DNA of 64,000 bases, taken from NCBI GenBank assembly GCA_038087875.1, contig CM075978.1, positions 187,302,001 to 187,366,000 on the forward strand, written 5' to 3'. The DNA comes from Malacoraja senta (taxonomy: Eukaryota). A program made the translations under genes and the position numbers. Under the pieces are notes generated by a model. The model saw only the letters and a program-made list of their open reading frames with translations, was not told the DNA's origin and ran no database searches. Shown piece by piece: positions 25,038 through 38,290 of this stretch; positions within the stretch are counted from its first letter, which is position 1, and each line of letters begins with the position of its first letter.

Positions 25038-26554
25038 CGGTACCCTCCATAATGTTTGGGACAAAGACTCATCATTTATTTATTTGCCTCTGTACTTCAC
25101 AATTTGAGATTTGTAAAGTACACATTGTCAGATTTCATAATCTTTGGGACACAGCAATGTCATGTAAATGAAAGTAATCATGTTTAGTATTTTGTTGCAT
25201 ATCCTTTGCATGCAATGACTGCTTGAAGTCTGCGATTCATGGACATCACCAGTTGATGGGTGTCTTCTCTGGTGATGACCTGCCAGGCCTGTATTAAAGC
25301 CTTCTTTAGCTTATGCTTGTTTTGGAGGATAGTCCCCTTCAATATTCTCTTCAGCATATAAAAAGCATGCTCAATTGGGTTCAGATCGGGTGATTGACTT
25401 GACCACTCAAGAATTGACCATTTTTCAGCTTTGAAAAACTCCTTTGTTGCTTTAGTCTTGCTGCAGAATGAACCGCCAGCCAATGCGTTCTGAGGCATTT
25501 ATTTGAACTTGAGCAGGTGGGATGTGTCTATACACTTCAGAATTCATTATGCTACTACCATCAGCAGTTCTATCATCAATGAAGATAAGTGAGCCAGTAC
25601 CTTCAGCAGCCATACATGTCCAGGCCATAACACCCCCACCACCGTGTTCCACAGATGAGGTGGTATGCTTTGGATCTTGGGCAGTTCCTTCGCTCCTCCA
25701 TACTTTGTTCTTGCCATCACTCTGATATGTTAATCTTCGTCTCATCTGTCCACAAAACCTTTTTCCAGAACTGTGGTTTCTCTTTTAAGTACTTCTTGGC
25801 AAACTGTAACCTGGCCATCCTATTTTTTTCAGCTAACCAACATCTTGCAGTGTAGCTTCTGTTTTTGTTCATGAAGTCTTCTGCGGATAGTGGTCATTGA
25901 CAAATCCACACCTGACTCCTGAAGAGTGTTTCTGGTCTGTCAGACAGGTGTTTGGGGATTTTTCTTTATTATAGAGAGAATTGTTCTGTCATCAGCTGTG
26001 GAGGTTTTCCTTGGCCTGCCAGTCCCTTTGCAATTAGTAAGATCACCAGTGCTTTCTTTCTTCTTAATGATATTCCAAACAGTTGATTTTGGTAAGCCTA
26101 AGGTTTGGCTGATGTCTCTAACAGTTTTATTCTCGTTTCTCAGTCTCATCGTGGCTTCTTTGACTTTCATTGGCACAACTTTGGTCCTCATGTTGATAAA
26201 CAGCAATAAAAGTTTCCAAAGGTGATGGAAAGACTAGAGGAAAGACTAGGTGCTGAGAGCTCTCTAATACCTGCATTAAGGAGGCAATTAAACATACCTG
26301 ATCAATTACAAACGCCGGTGAAGCCATGTGTCCCAAACGTTATGGTGCCCTGAAATGGGTGGACTATGTATGAACACTGCTGTAATTTTTGCATGGTGAA
26401 ACCGAAATGTATAAAAATGGCCTTGATTAAAATCTGACAATGTGCACTTTAACCACATGTGATTTTTTTTTTCTATTACAAATCTCAAATTTTGGAGTAC
26501 AGAGGCAAATAAATAAATGATGGGTCTTTGTCCCAAACATTATGGAGGGCACTG
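25038..26554 (-). mobile_element. Tc1-like transposon, family A, both ends present, frameshifted transposase
   Basis: TA|CGGTACCCTCCATAATG ... CATTATGGAGGGCACTG|TA; transposase pieces 25940-26206 (HTH, GRPRK), 25452-25745 and 25184-25498 (SPDLNPIE). Confidence 0.95.
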
Positions 26555-27170
26555 TAAAACATGGGATTTTAAAAATATATAAGTTATGAGTATTTTTAAA
26601 CTATATTTATAAATTAATACAAATGTAGAATTGCATGTGTTAAACTAAAGTGTTTTACATTATTGTGACCAACCTCTGCAATTGTGGCATTCATTACTCA
26701 TCGGTCGTGGCACGCTACATAATTTTTATTGGATGAAACATTAGGACTCTGATTTATGTTGCTTTTTGTTAGGCTTTTCAGTCAGTAATTGGAAGTGGTT
26801 TAATGCAGCAAAGAGTCCAAGTTTCCATCTCCACAGGTGTTATTTGGTCTGATCATTTTGTGGCAATGATTTTGTCTCCATTTTCACTATTTCTGAGTCT
26901 CAGACAAGTGAGATCATTTATCAGCTGTAATCTGTAATTACATTTTTAGGTCTGTCAACACAGACTTTTGTGTTACAGGGGTTTGCATTTGCAGAAAATT
27001 AAATACTCTGATCCTTTTCATCATGGTCAAAGCCCAGGCTTTGATCTTCAAATCTGAGTATTCAATTTAAATATTTATAAATGTGATAAAGGGGAAATAG
27101 TTTGCTTGATATCAGGAGCTGCTCGAGAGGTACAGCTGATGCGATTCATTTCAAGCACAGACTCTATTGT

Positions 27171-29464
27171 TTTTTTTGTTTTTTTTCTTGTATTTTTATT
27201 TTATTAGAAGTAAGTACAGTAATGTGGCACCAAGGTACCTAATATATATTGACATGTTACATTTTATGTACAGCTTTTTTTTTTTTAATAATGAAAGAGA
27301 GAAAGAGAGAATAGATAATAAAAGATAGAAAAACGTATGATATATGGTGTGTGAAAAGGAAAAAGGGGGGAAAGAGGGAAAGTGAAGAAAAGAAAAGGAG
27401 AGAGAAAGAGAAAGAGTAGAGAAGAGGAAATTAAGGAGATCGTTATTTATATTCTTGACCATCCTTCACCCAGTCCTGAAACAGTTGGTTTCTACGATTT
27501 TGTTGCACCATATGCTTCCAAAAAGTCGATAAATGGAGACTCGTTAAGAATTGGTCTGATTTATCTATTAGGAGGAATCGCATTTCTTCAAGATGTGCGG
27601 TGTCCAACATGTTTAAAATCCACATTTTAAGCGTTGGTATGGGTGTATTTTTCCAAAATTTAAGTTTTTTTGCCGTTATTAACCCATAATTAAAAAATGA
27701 ATTTTGAAATTTGTTCAATTTGTTCCCGTCTTCCGTTACTCCAAATATAATAATTTCAGTGTTAGGTTCCATTTTTATCTTGAATAATTTTGTTAATATT
27801 TCAAAGATATCGCTCCAGAATTTATGAAGTTTTATGCAGGAAACAAAAGAGTGTGTTATAGTGGCATTTTGAGATAAACATTTATCACAAATGGGGGAAG
27901 TATTTGGATAGAATTTATTCAGTCTGGTTTTTGAATAATATAATCTATGTAAAATTTTAAATTGAATTAAGTTATGTCTTACATTAATCGAACATTTGTG
28001 TATATATATCAAATACTTTTTCCATGTTTCTTTCGTGATTTTTAGCATTAATTCTCGTTCCCAATCTTCTCTAAGTGCCTCTGTCGAAGGTAGTTCTATA
28101 TTTAAAATTCTATTATATAAATATGATATTAATTTCTGTGTCAGCCTTAATATTCATCGCTTCTTCCAGTGGGTCTAAAGTTATATTTTGGTGTCTTTGT
28201 ATGTATTTCTTCATGAAATCGCAGATCTGAAGATATTTAAAATATTGGTTATTTTTCAGCTTAAATTTTAATTGTAATTGTTGGAATGTTAACAGATTTC
28301 CCATTTCATACATATCACCGATCCTTTTAATTCCCATTCTTTCCCATTGGTTATATGTTTTATCAATAAGAGATGGTTTAAATGAAGGATTATTCACTAT
28401 TGGCGTTAACAATGATAGGTTTCTTAATTTTAAAGTTAATTTTATTTGTTTCCAAATTATTATTGTATTATGTATAATTGGGTTATTCTTATATATTGTG
28501 TTGTTCAGTTTTATCGGGGAGAAGAGGATCGCTCCTATATTACAAGGAGAACAATCCTCTTTCTCCATTCTTATCCATTCTGTCTGTTGGGTAGGACTGT
28601 CCAACCAATAAATTATATTCTTAATATGCACTGCCCAATAATAATACAAAAAGTTCGGAAGTGAAAGTCCCCCAACGTCTTTGGGTTTACACAAGTGTTT
28701 TCTTTGAATTCTATGTGATCTATAGTCCCAAATAAAATTGGTAATATTAGAGTCTAGTTTTTTGAAAACGTTTTTTGGTATATATAATGGTATAGATTGA
28801 AATAGGTATAATATTTGTGGTAAAAAGATCATTTTTATAGCGTTTATTCTGCCTATTAATGACAACGGAAGTGTTTTCCAGAATTTAATCAACGCGTTCA
28901 GTTTATTTAATAAAGGCATAAAATTAGCATTAAATAATGCTTTGTATTTTCTAGTAATTTGAATACCCAAATACTTAAATTTTTCTGTTGCAATTTTAAA
29001 GGGGAATTTTAATAGGTGTGTAGATTCTTGAGGTTTTAACGTCATGATTTCACTTTTATTCCAATTTATTCTATATCCAGAAAAAGAACCGAATTCCTCT
29101 ATTAAATTTAATAAGTTTGGTATGCTCGTTTGTGAATTTGTAATGTATAGAAGTATATCGTCTGCGTATAATGAAATTTTATTATTTGAGTCCTTAGTAT
29201 TATATCCCCGAATATTCGGATGAGTTCTTATGATTTCAGCCAAGGGCTCTATCATAAGGGCAAATAGCAGGGGTGATAAAGCACATCCCTGCCTATTGCC
29301 CCTCGATAATTGAAATTTTGGAGATAAGAAATTATTAGTTAATATTCTTGCTGTCAGTTTATCATATAATAATTTTACCCATACAATAAAATTCTCTCCC
29401 ATATTAAATTTTTGCAGTACTTTATATAAATACTGCCACTCTACCTGATCAAATGCTTTCTCTG
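27171..29464 (-). mobile_element. L1-clade LINE (fish-type), 5'-truncated, with 16-bp TSD and poly(A)
   Basis: RT ORF 28113-29464 (EKAFDQV, RQGCALSP, LYADD); CCHC knuckle in ORF 27443-28048; T-run at 27171; TSD GCACAGACTCTATTGT at 27155-27170 and 29465-29480. Confidence 0.95.
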
Positions 29465-29704
29465 GCACAGACTCTATTGTAATGTGGGGAACCATGTTTG
29501 CGGACTAGGGATCAAGAAAAAACAATTAAAAGCTCGAAAATTTATTTTGATGAGATGTAGGTAATAAATATTGGTGGGACTTTAGTATAGTTCCTGGATT
29601 ATCTTTTAATATAATGAAGGTCTTCCTGAGAAGATGCATAGGACCCAAGTTTAAAATCGCATTACATTGTGTTTCTCATTCAGTACTACATTGAGATGCC
29701 AGTC

Positions 29705-29802
29705 TTCAGACTGAAGAAGGGTCCTGACCCTAAACATCACCTATTCTTGTTCTCCAGATATGCTGCCTGATTTACTGAGTTAATCCAGCACTTTGTGTCT
29801 TT
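29705..29802 (+). mobile_element. Penelope-like 3' end, degenerate hammerhead core
   Basis: CTGAAGAAGGGTCCTGACCCTAAACATC at 29711-29738 plus tail. Confidence 0.75.
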
Positions 29803-31699
29803 TTTTGACTTGACTTGGTTACATCACTTGCACCCACAACATTCTCAATTGGCAATGAGTGTAATGATGAGCCAAGGCTAAAGCCCAATGTCATAACCAG
29901 TCATATATAGTGTTATATAAAAATACGTTAGCATTGACAGTCAGTATTAATTGTGTGTCAGCAATTTGACTAAACCAGGAGTCTTGGGAAATCAGCTTGT
30001 GGCCCATTACAAATAAATTTACATGATGATTGTTTAAAAAGTAATGATGCTTGTTGCAGTGGAATAATTAACCAACTTGCCTCCCCGTTGTCATTTACTG
30101 CAATACAAGGACAATTGTGCATAGAGAATTACTGATCAATCCTTGAAGTATATTTCCGTTTAGTTGAAACTAAATCTTCAGTAAGTTCAGGCCCCGCTGA
30201 CCAAGAAAGTATCTGCTCTTCCTGAGTTGAGTCGGAGAGATCCAATACCAAGAAGTATCATTGCCACTATTTGCCAAGAGAGAAGAAAATAGGAGAGGAT
30301 GCCTATTCCAGTACAAAGAAGAATGTGCCCTGTGCCATGGATGCAGTAAATCGCCACCTTCCTCTGTAGATTGTGTGGCGCAGGGATGACGGTGGGTTTG
30401 GCAGTGATCACAGCGACAGGCAGTACGGTGAACTCGTGTCATTTATTTTAATTACAGTAATAAGAAGGTCCAAGACCTCATGGGGGAACTGGAAGAGTGG
30501 GTCTTAAATGGGAAAGGGGAAGAGGTGGCTGTGATGATGGGTAAAGGGAAGAAAAGAGGGGATCTTACCTCAAACAGTCAAAGTAGATTTGAGTGGAGTC
30601 AAGAAAGGGCAAATGGCAGAAACATTAATGAGAGTTATTTGTAGACTCCGTCTCAGAAAAAAATGTTTATGATAATATTGGACGTGATAGAAATCAGAGA
30701 ATTAAATGTGGATGTAATTAGGGTAACATAATCATGAAAGTCTTTACTATAATGAGAGGAGATCTTATTGAAATATAAAGGATTCTTGCAGAGACAGACT
30801 GGATTGATGCATTGATGTTGCTTTGCTATCTGGGATATTAAGCAATAAAGGGGATGTTTTCAACCTAAGGGTTAGCCATTCAGGATTTAAGTAAGAAGAC
30901 ATTTCTTCACCGAGAGGGTAGTGAAAATCGTTTGAAATGAAAATGATTGGCATGCATCTAATCTCACGCATGTTTATGATATTTGATTATTTTATGATAC
31001 ATTTTGATATGACAATACAGGGCTGTAAATAAACTTTCTTTAAAGCTTCAAATGCAACTTAATGAATTTAGAAGGCCACAGAGAATTTGTGGGATTGCAG
31101 TGAAATATGGGGCCAGAAAAGATTAAGGAGTCTTCAAATACCTATTCAGTTCTTACATTTTCCAACACTATCAATCTCTCTTGCCTCCCAGCATTTTCTG
31201 CCAAACATTCATCACTCCCTATGTAAATAAAGTACTTAAATGTGAACTATTGACACTTCTTCCCTCTCAAAGTTTGATTAATTATTGTGTCTGATGGTAT
31301 GTGTAACATTGTACAATGTTATCGAGGTCAATTTATTTATTTCCTTAAACATATCCTCTGAGCGGCCATTTTTTTGAGTGAACAACAGCATCAGATACGC
31401 AGTTAGTACTCTAGTCAAGACACACCTTGTGTCGGTTAAAATTTGCCCTCTTTTGTCTTTGGACCTGTTTTTTTGTTTTCCCTTTTGTCACCCTGATTTG
31501 TTCCTCAAATACAAGGCAACGTTGACTGGCCAGACTGTCTGATTCCTATTCCTATTCCCTTGCCTCATTCCGCTATCTTACCAAGTAAGAGTCATAAAAG
31601 ATTGAATAATTGCAGTTTTCCTTTCCATTCCTCTGCTATTAGCAACTGTGTCTTCTGATGCTGAAGCACAGAGCTCCTCAATTTTTATCTCTGTGGTTC

Positions 31700-33080
31700 A
31701 GATTCATATTTTCTTGAAAATCTCACCTGTGAAATGAATTGAGACACTTTACTAAATTAAGAATAATCCTCGTCTCTTCCTTCTTTGCAGATTAACATGC
31801 CATGACAACCTTTCCTCTTCAAAGTTCTTGAACATTCGGTCACCTCCCACATTCTTGCTCACTTTTTCCAGGATTCCTTTAGTAAATTATTCCAATCCGG
31901 CTCCAAACAACGTGACAAGTTGGACCTCTATGACGGATAAAATTTAACTATCCCTCCACACCCTTATCATTCTTTTTACAAATTATGACGCACCTTTGAC
32001 TAGTACGTGTTTCTACAAAACCTTCCTGCCACTGTCCAGCTGTTTGGCATTGAACTCCCTTGGTTCATGTGTAGGAAAGAACTGCAGATGCTGGTTTAAA
32101 TCGAAGGTAGGCACAAAATGCTGGAGTAACTCAGCGGGGCAGGCATATCTGGAGAGAATAAATGGGTGACGTTTCGGGTCAAGACCCTTCTTCAGACTGA
32201 TGTCGGAAGTGGGCGGAACAGAGATAGAATGTAGTCGGAGATGGTAAGATTGGTGGGAGAACTGGGAAGGGATGGAGAGAGAGGGAAAGAAAGGGCTATT
32301 TGAAGTTAGAGAAGTCAGAGTGAGGCCCAGTGCAAATTGGAAGAACAGCACCTCATATTTCGCTTGGGTAGCTTACACCCCAGCGGTATGAACATTGACT
32401 TCTCTAACTTCAAATAGCCCTTGATTTCCCTCTCTCTCCATCCCCTCCCCTTCTCCCACCAGTCTTACTGTCTCCGACTTTCTATCTGTCTCGCCCACTC
32501 CCCTGACATCAGTCTCAAGAAGGGTCTCGACCCGAAACGTCACCCATTCCTTCTCTCCAGGGATGCTGCCTGTCCTGCTGAGTTCCTCCAGTATTTTGTG
32601 TCTCCCTTGGTTTCATTCTCACGTGTTCAATTATTGATTGGGAATAACCCACAGTGGCACCTTTTCTTTCTTCTGCACTAATGCTGCTTAATTCCTCCCG
32701 GTATCAGTCCTTGGCCCCTTCTATTTCTCGCTCCTCCAGCACCATTATCAGTTTTGTAATATACTGATTACTTGTCGGTCTCGTCAGTGATGCTTTTGAC
32801 CCATTTGCTGCCTCTAACTTATCGGACCTTTTCTGAAATACAGAACATAAGCAGAAATTATATTCCAACTCCCCTGGCATAAGCTTACTCCTCCAGTCTT
32901 GTCACTATCCAAAATATCTGAGCTGCTTAATTCTGGACTCCTCAGTGTCTTTAGTTTGATTGCTGCACAATTAGCTATGTATTATATACGTTTTAAAATC
33001 CCTTTCCTAAATTGTTCAGCCTCGTGTTCCTTTATTAAGATGCTCCTTCAAGCCTACCTCTTCAGCCAAACTTTTATAAA
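31700..33080 (+). mobile_element. Ancient L2 LINE remnant, split by the Penelope insertion
   Basis: SVLGP..F-like segment near 32705; KMLLQAYLFSQTF terminal motif near 33040-33075. Confidence 0.5.
32069..32601. mobile_element. Penelope-like insertion with inverted structure (minus arm 32069-32317, plus arm 32316-32601), ~14-bp TSD
   Basis: Plus arm encodes the GIY-YIG C-terminus QSEAQCKLEEQHLIFRLGSLHPSGMNIDFSNFK* (32316-32417); hammerhead cores at 32168-32195 (-, intact) and 32514-32541 (+, G5>C); TSD CTCCCTTGGTT(T)CAT at 32055-32068 and 32602-32616. Confidence 0.88.
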
Positions 33081-34977
33081 CTTCTTTCAAAATGTCTCCG
33101 TAGATGGGTTTTGTTTAGTAATGTTCTTGTTAAGGATAATTTTGCTTTAATAGAAGTGCAATATAAGTGCAAGTAGTTGTGGCTCAGAATGCAAAACTTT
33201 AGAAGGATATGACCTTAAGATTCCTAGTGACTACTGAATCAGTTGCAAATTATGAAAGATGGATACCGCAGAGGGACTGACGTTATCACAAAGGAAGAAT
33301 AGATATCTTGTGCTTCTAGCTTAGTTTAATTTAGTTCCTGCCATATAACAAACCATGTTCGAGTGATTGTGAGAGGTTTATTTTTGTCAAATTTAGAATT
33401 GTATTGTATCTAAAATCAGAAGCCAGGTGATCAAATTTGCAAAACATGCTGTGGTGGAACGGATGTAGTGGTATATATTTAGAGTATTTTTTATTTGTGT
33501 TGAAATTATTAGTAGAGGAAATTGTTCAGAATTTGTACAAGATGTACATATAAATTGAAAATTGATTGCAGGATTAAAAGATCCCACTGAATGTATTTGG
33601 GAAAGGTTAATGTTACCTAACAGTGAATTTCAAGGAAAGCATTCATATTATACAATTATGCACAAAACAAATTTTTCTTTGATAACATACTGAAGTAATT
33701 TGTATCTCTTTCCAATATTAAATCTCTTCCAGCCAAATATTTTCAAATCCTTTCTTACAGTAGGTGTATTGTTCTGTATTAATGTAAAACACAATTTTCC
33801 ACAAGAGGGGGCTGAAGTTAGATATCTATTAACTGCAGATACGCTTTCCTGCTTTTAATTTTGTCAAGTATTATGAAAACAGTGAAACGAGTAAATCTGT
33901 AAAATTCAACGATGCTTTCCACCATGTGGTCCAAAATTAGATAAAGTCCATGTGCGACGTGTAGGTTAAACCTTTATAAAGCCAGGGTGGAATAGGACAT
34001 TCTAGTTCTATTGAGAAGCTGACAGTATGTGGCAAGTGGAACACAACATTTAAAATGCAGCTTCCTTGGGACAGAAACATTGGATCTTGATAAATAGATA
34101 TTCGACAACTAACCCATTTTCAAACAACATTGTCATTTGAGTTTTCCTGGCAGATTTTGTGGAATATCTCAATCATGTTGGACTCCTACGATTCAAAACC
34201 GTACAAGTGTACAATTAAAGCAGGAGGTGCAAGATTGATTTGGGGCTAAATTGGACAGAAAGGATTGCCGATTTTTGTGATTGGTTGTTGCATGAATAAT
34301 TAAGAGTACTGCCCTTTAAGCCATGAAGTGAATCAATTTCTGTTGCGACTCCTGCTTAATACTACTCAATGTATTTTATTAACATGGACACTGTAGGTAA
34401 GTCATTTGAATAGATCCTGTACAGAATGGCAAACTTGCAGCATTATACTTTGCAAATGTGTTTCCTAGTTATCTGTTTTGATGAAGTTTCTATAAAACCT
34501 TAAGGGAGATTTTTTTTGGACATGGCTGGGCCAGATATTTTTTGTTCCATCTGGAAAGGAAGGACAGGTGCTGCCTTTTACTGTTCTTGGCGTGCATACA
34601 TACTCATGCTGACATCGTGAAGGGAAATGTATTTCTTTTTGTGCACAGTATCTCGTCCTTTGCTTGATTCAAGTCATCTCATACACTCGGGGTTCTTGAT
34701 TTTCTATCGGATGTATATCTAGATCTTTTGCTGTGACCCATTTCATGTGCATTTTGGCAACATATAAAATTTATCACGATTCAACTCTTGGAAATGGAGT
34801 TCAACTGTGATTATGGATTAGCTAACAGATCAATAGCCAAGATATTTTATTTTTACTGTGTAGTAAGTTTTGTCAGTGATTTAAAAAAAATATTACTATA
34901 TTAATTTGCAAATGTCTGAAGGCTTCTTAGTGGTTCAACATGGGCCTTTAGTACTTGGCTGTTGGTTAGATTGAAAA

Positions 34978-35110
34978 GTGTAGGAAGGAACCGCAAATGC
35001 TGGTTTAAACTGAAGAAAGACACAAAATGCTGGAGTAATTCAGCGGGACAGGCAGCATCTCTGGAGAGAAGGAATGGGTGACGTTTTGGGTCGAGACCAT
35101 TCTTCAGACT
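34978..35110 (-). mobile_element. Penelope-like 3' end
   Basis: Core remnant at 35080-35107 plus complete tail. Confidence 0.8.
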
Positions 35111-35952
35111 CAAATTGAAATTATCATTTCCACGGGGTATTGTGAGAGTGGGTTTCAAATGGAAATAAAGAGTTTTTAAACTATTGGAAATAATCTCTTA
35201 TTTTGAGGTTGCAAGGATAGCTGATATGGAAAACGTATTTGTAATTTGTGAATTGTATTGTGTCAGCTTCAAGGATTAAAAGGAGATTGATTCTGTGTAT
35301 GTGGCCTGTGCTGCAGTTGATCCAAGAATTAACTATGAACAAGTTCTATTTCTGTAACATTGTCATGAAGGTTCAGACAATTAAATATATTTGCACCATA
35401 TTTCTCCCATCAAATATGGTCATTGGATGATAATGGTACAGCTATTTTTAACCTTTTAGTGGGTTGACTGAATTTCTGACGGAAGTATATCATTATCATT
35501 GTTCCACAACACAGTATCATTCGTGACAGCTTCAAGTTGCCTTTTATCTTACCAAAACCACTTGAAGTGTGACTCTTATTGGACTTCCTGGAGAAATGCC
35601 ATTGTATCAAATTAATGTAATAGAATTTTAAATTTATTCAAGCCTCTGGCTGCATTTGCAATCCAGTTCTGGCAGAGTGACAGCAGACAGTTGAAGCTCA
35701 CATTTCATCTGGAAATGCTGTGCTTACGATCTGTTGATCATGCCAGCTCGGATGGTCCCCGATAGAATGCTTTACCACCTGAGTGCTTTTATGCCTGACA
35801 TAAACATTTATGGTAAACAATGTGAACGTGCAGGATGCTCAATTCCTCTCAGGTGTTTATCTGTACATTATTAGTCTTTTCACTTAGCTTTATATTGTCC
35901 GCATTGTAGTATTGGGAGAGAGGAGAAAACAACAGGATGGAGATAAATTATG

Positions 35953-36225
35953 GGTACACAAAAATGCTGGAGAAACTCAGCGGGTGCAGCAGCATCTATG
36001 GAGCGAAGGAAATAGGTAACGTTTCGGGCCGAAACCCTTCTTCAGACATAATTCAGATAAATTATGTGTCGGAAGGAACTGCAGATGCTGGTTTACACTG
36101 AAGATAGACACAAAATGCTGGAGTAACTCAGCAGAACTGGGGAGAAGGAATGGGTGGCATTTTGGGTCTTCAAGTCTAAAGAAGGGTCACAACCCGAAAT
36201 GTCAGCCATTCCACCTCCAGAGATG
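35953..36225. mobile_element. Cluster of Penelope-like 3' ends (subfamily B copy with 12-bp TSD, plus a fold-back copy)
   Basis: Intact variant core CTGAAGAAGGGTTTCGGCCCGAAACGTT (-, 36018-36045); AGATAAATTATG repeated at 35941-35952 and 36055-36066; minus-to-plus switch near 36170. Confidence 0.8.
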
Positions 36226-37729
36226 TGTACACATTCTGCTACAGGACTTGTGATTCCTGCCGCAGTTCACACATTTCTACAGTACCATTTCCATTTAGTC
36301 GTTGACATCTCAAATGAGAATTTAGGACGTGGCATCAATCTAGCTTCAGATATCCATTTCTTGAGGAATATCTCTGAAGGACTTCAAATTATTCAACTCT
36401 AACAAAATATCTTTTCGTACAGAACTGAGATTGTTGCAATTCACATTATATAGATTGATGGAGACATTGATGCAGGCCCAAAGGGGACAACATAATGTCT
36501 TGTTTTTCGTGAAAGAGTAAAGATTTACATCCCTAAATCTGATCTCCAGCACCTAGCTGGGTGGAAGCTTTGGTTTTCATGGTAATGCTTTGACTGACAG
36601 TCTTAATAATCCGTGTATGTTAGATGAGTGACTGAACTTGGAAGCATTAGATCAGTTTTATTTTCTCACCACTTATTCTGATTAAATCTGAATATCTCAT
36701 AGATGTATAAATAAGTTCAATTTTGTAGATTGAATCTTGCGACTGTCCCATGGGTTTGATCGATTTTTGCATCATCTTACTACATTATAATATCACTACC
36801 TCCCCCTCCCAAGGGAATGAGAGATCCAACAATTTTTGATTTTTGGAGGAAAGGGGTTGTATTGCATGGGAACAGGCCCCTCAGCTCAACTTGTCCATGG
36901 TGCCCAAGTTCTTATCTGACCTTGTCCCATTTGCCTACATTCGGCCCATATCTCTCTAAACCTTTCCTATCCATGTACCTGTCCAAATGTCTTTTAAATG
37001 TTGTGATTGTGCCCACCTCTGCCACACCCAAAACACTCCCATTATACCATCCTTGCATGAAGGCAGCTTGCAAATTAGGCAATGAGAACTGGAAGTGATT
37101 TCCTGTATGCCCAAGGTAACAGTTTGATTATTTTGCAATTTAATAAATTGTTTATTTGTGCAGCAAGTAATAACTTTTTGGGTATTCCAATTATTGATCC
37201 ATAATCCAGCCGAATTTCTTTTGGCATTTCTGGAAGACTACTTTTGGCATCAGAGGGTATACGTAAAGTAAAACTATTGCTGGAATGATTGTTGCTGGAT
37301 TTTCCAGGACTGGAGCCCAATTTTCTCCTGAACATTATAAATCATCTTTTGAAATAAAAATGCAGCTTATAATGTTGTTGCCCTAAAGATGGGGACCAGA
37401 TGTCAAAATGCTGGTGAGCAGTGTTTAGGAGAGGTCAATTTGCTTTTAAAACAATTGCTGTTTGTGTATTTTTACAGCAGTGTGTTCAGTAGGTCTAGAC
37501 ATAGTTGTAAATGCTTTCATTCGAAGTATTTCAAATATCATTGGAAAACCATTTTATGATGCAAGAAGTATATATTTTGGGAAAAAATAACCCATTTGAT
37601 CTAATAGCTGGAATTTTTCTTTTGAACAGTATTATGTTTTGAGTTTAGTTTAGTGTTATGTATTGAGTACGAAATAGGAGTAAATGTAACACGAGCTCAG
37701 AGATAGATTGAGTTTGTATGTTGCTGCTT

Positions 37730-38290
37730 GGATTTTCCCCAGGTGCTCCGGTTTGCTCCCACATTCCACAGACGTACAGGTTTGATGGTTAATTTTTATA
37801 AGCCTCGGCGGCAACGGAGCCTCAGCAGCGGTGGGGCCTCGCGATCAATCAGCGGTTGAGGGGAAGACAATGGGGCGACCGCCGTGAGGGAAGGTGGGAG
37901 AACAAAGGGGGACCCGGTGTGGGGGAGGGGTGGGGCACACCATTTTAGAATCCTCTACCCAGGGGATAAGTCAGCGTTTGTTTGTTTGTTCGCTCGTTCG
38001 TTCCGGTTAAGGTGCTGTGCACACGGGCAGCCAGCCAACAGTCGCTTGTCATTTTCTTTTTTCTCTCTCTAACTTTTAATTTAATTTAAATTTCAAGTTT
38101 TTGTGTACCTTGTGTGTTGCGACTGTTGGCAGACCAATTTCCCTCCGCGGATGAGTAAAGTTTTATCGTATCCTAATTGGCTTCAGAAAAAAATGGTAAA
38201 TTATCCCTGGTGCGTAGGATAGTGCTGGTGGATTGCTGGCCAGCGCGGGCCGAAAGGCCTGTTTCCTCGCTGTATCTAAAACTAAAACAA
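37730..38290 (+). mobile_element. V-SINE interrupted by a GC-rich repeat with Rex1/Babar-like tail (37795-38173)
   Basis: V-domain stops at GGTTAATT and resumes at TAATTGGCTT; insert ends AATTTCCCTCCGCGGATGAGTAAAGTTTTATCGTATCC. Confidence 0.7.

Noticed and set aside
29465-29495. N-terminus MVPHITIESV of the 460-aa L1 ORF
   Set aside because: Comes from the TSD and flank, not the element
30170-30442. Short hydrophobic ORFs as a membrane peptide gene
   Set aside because: No recognisable motif or splice signals; adjacent to decayed CR1 sequence
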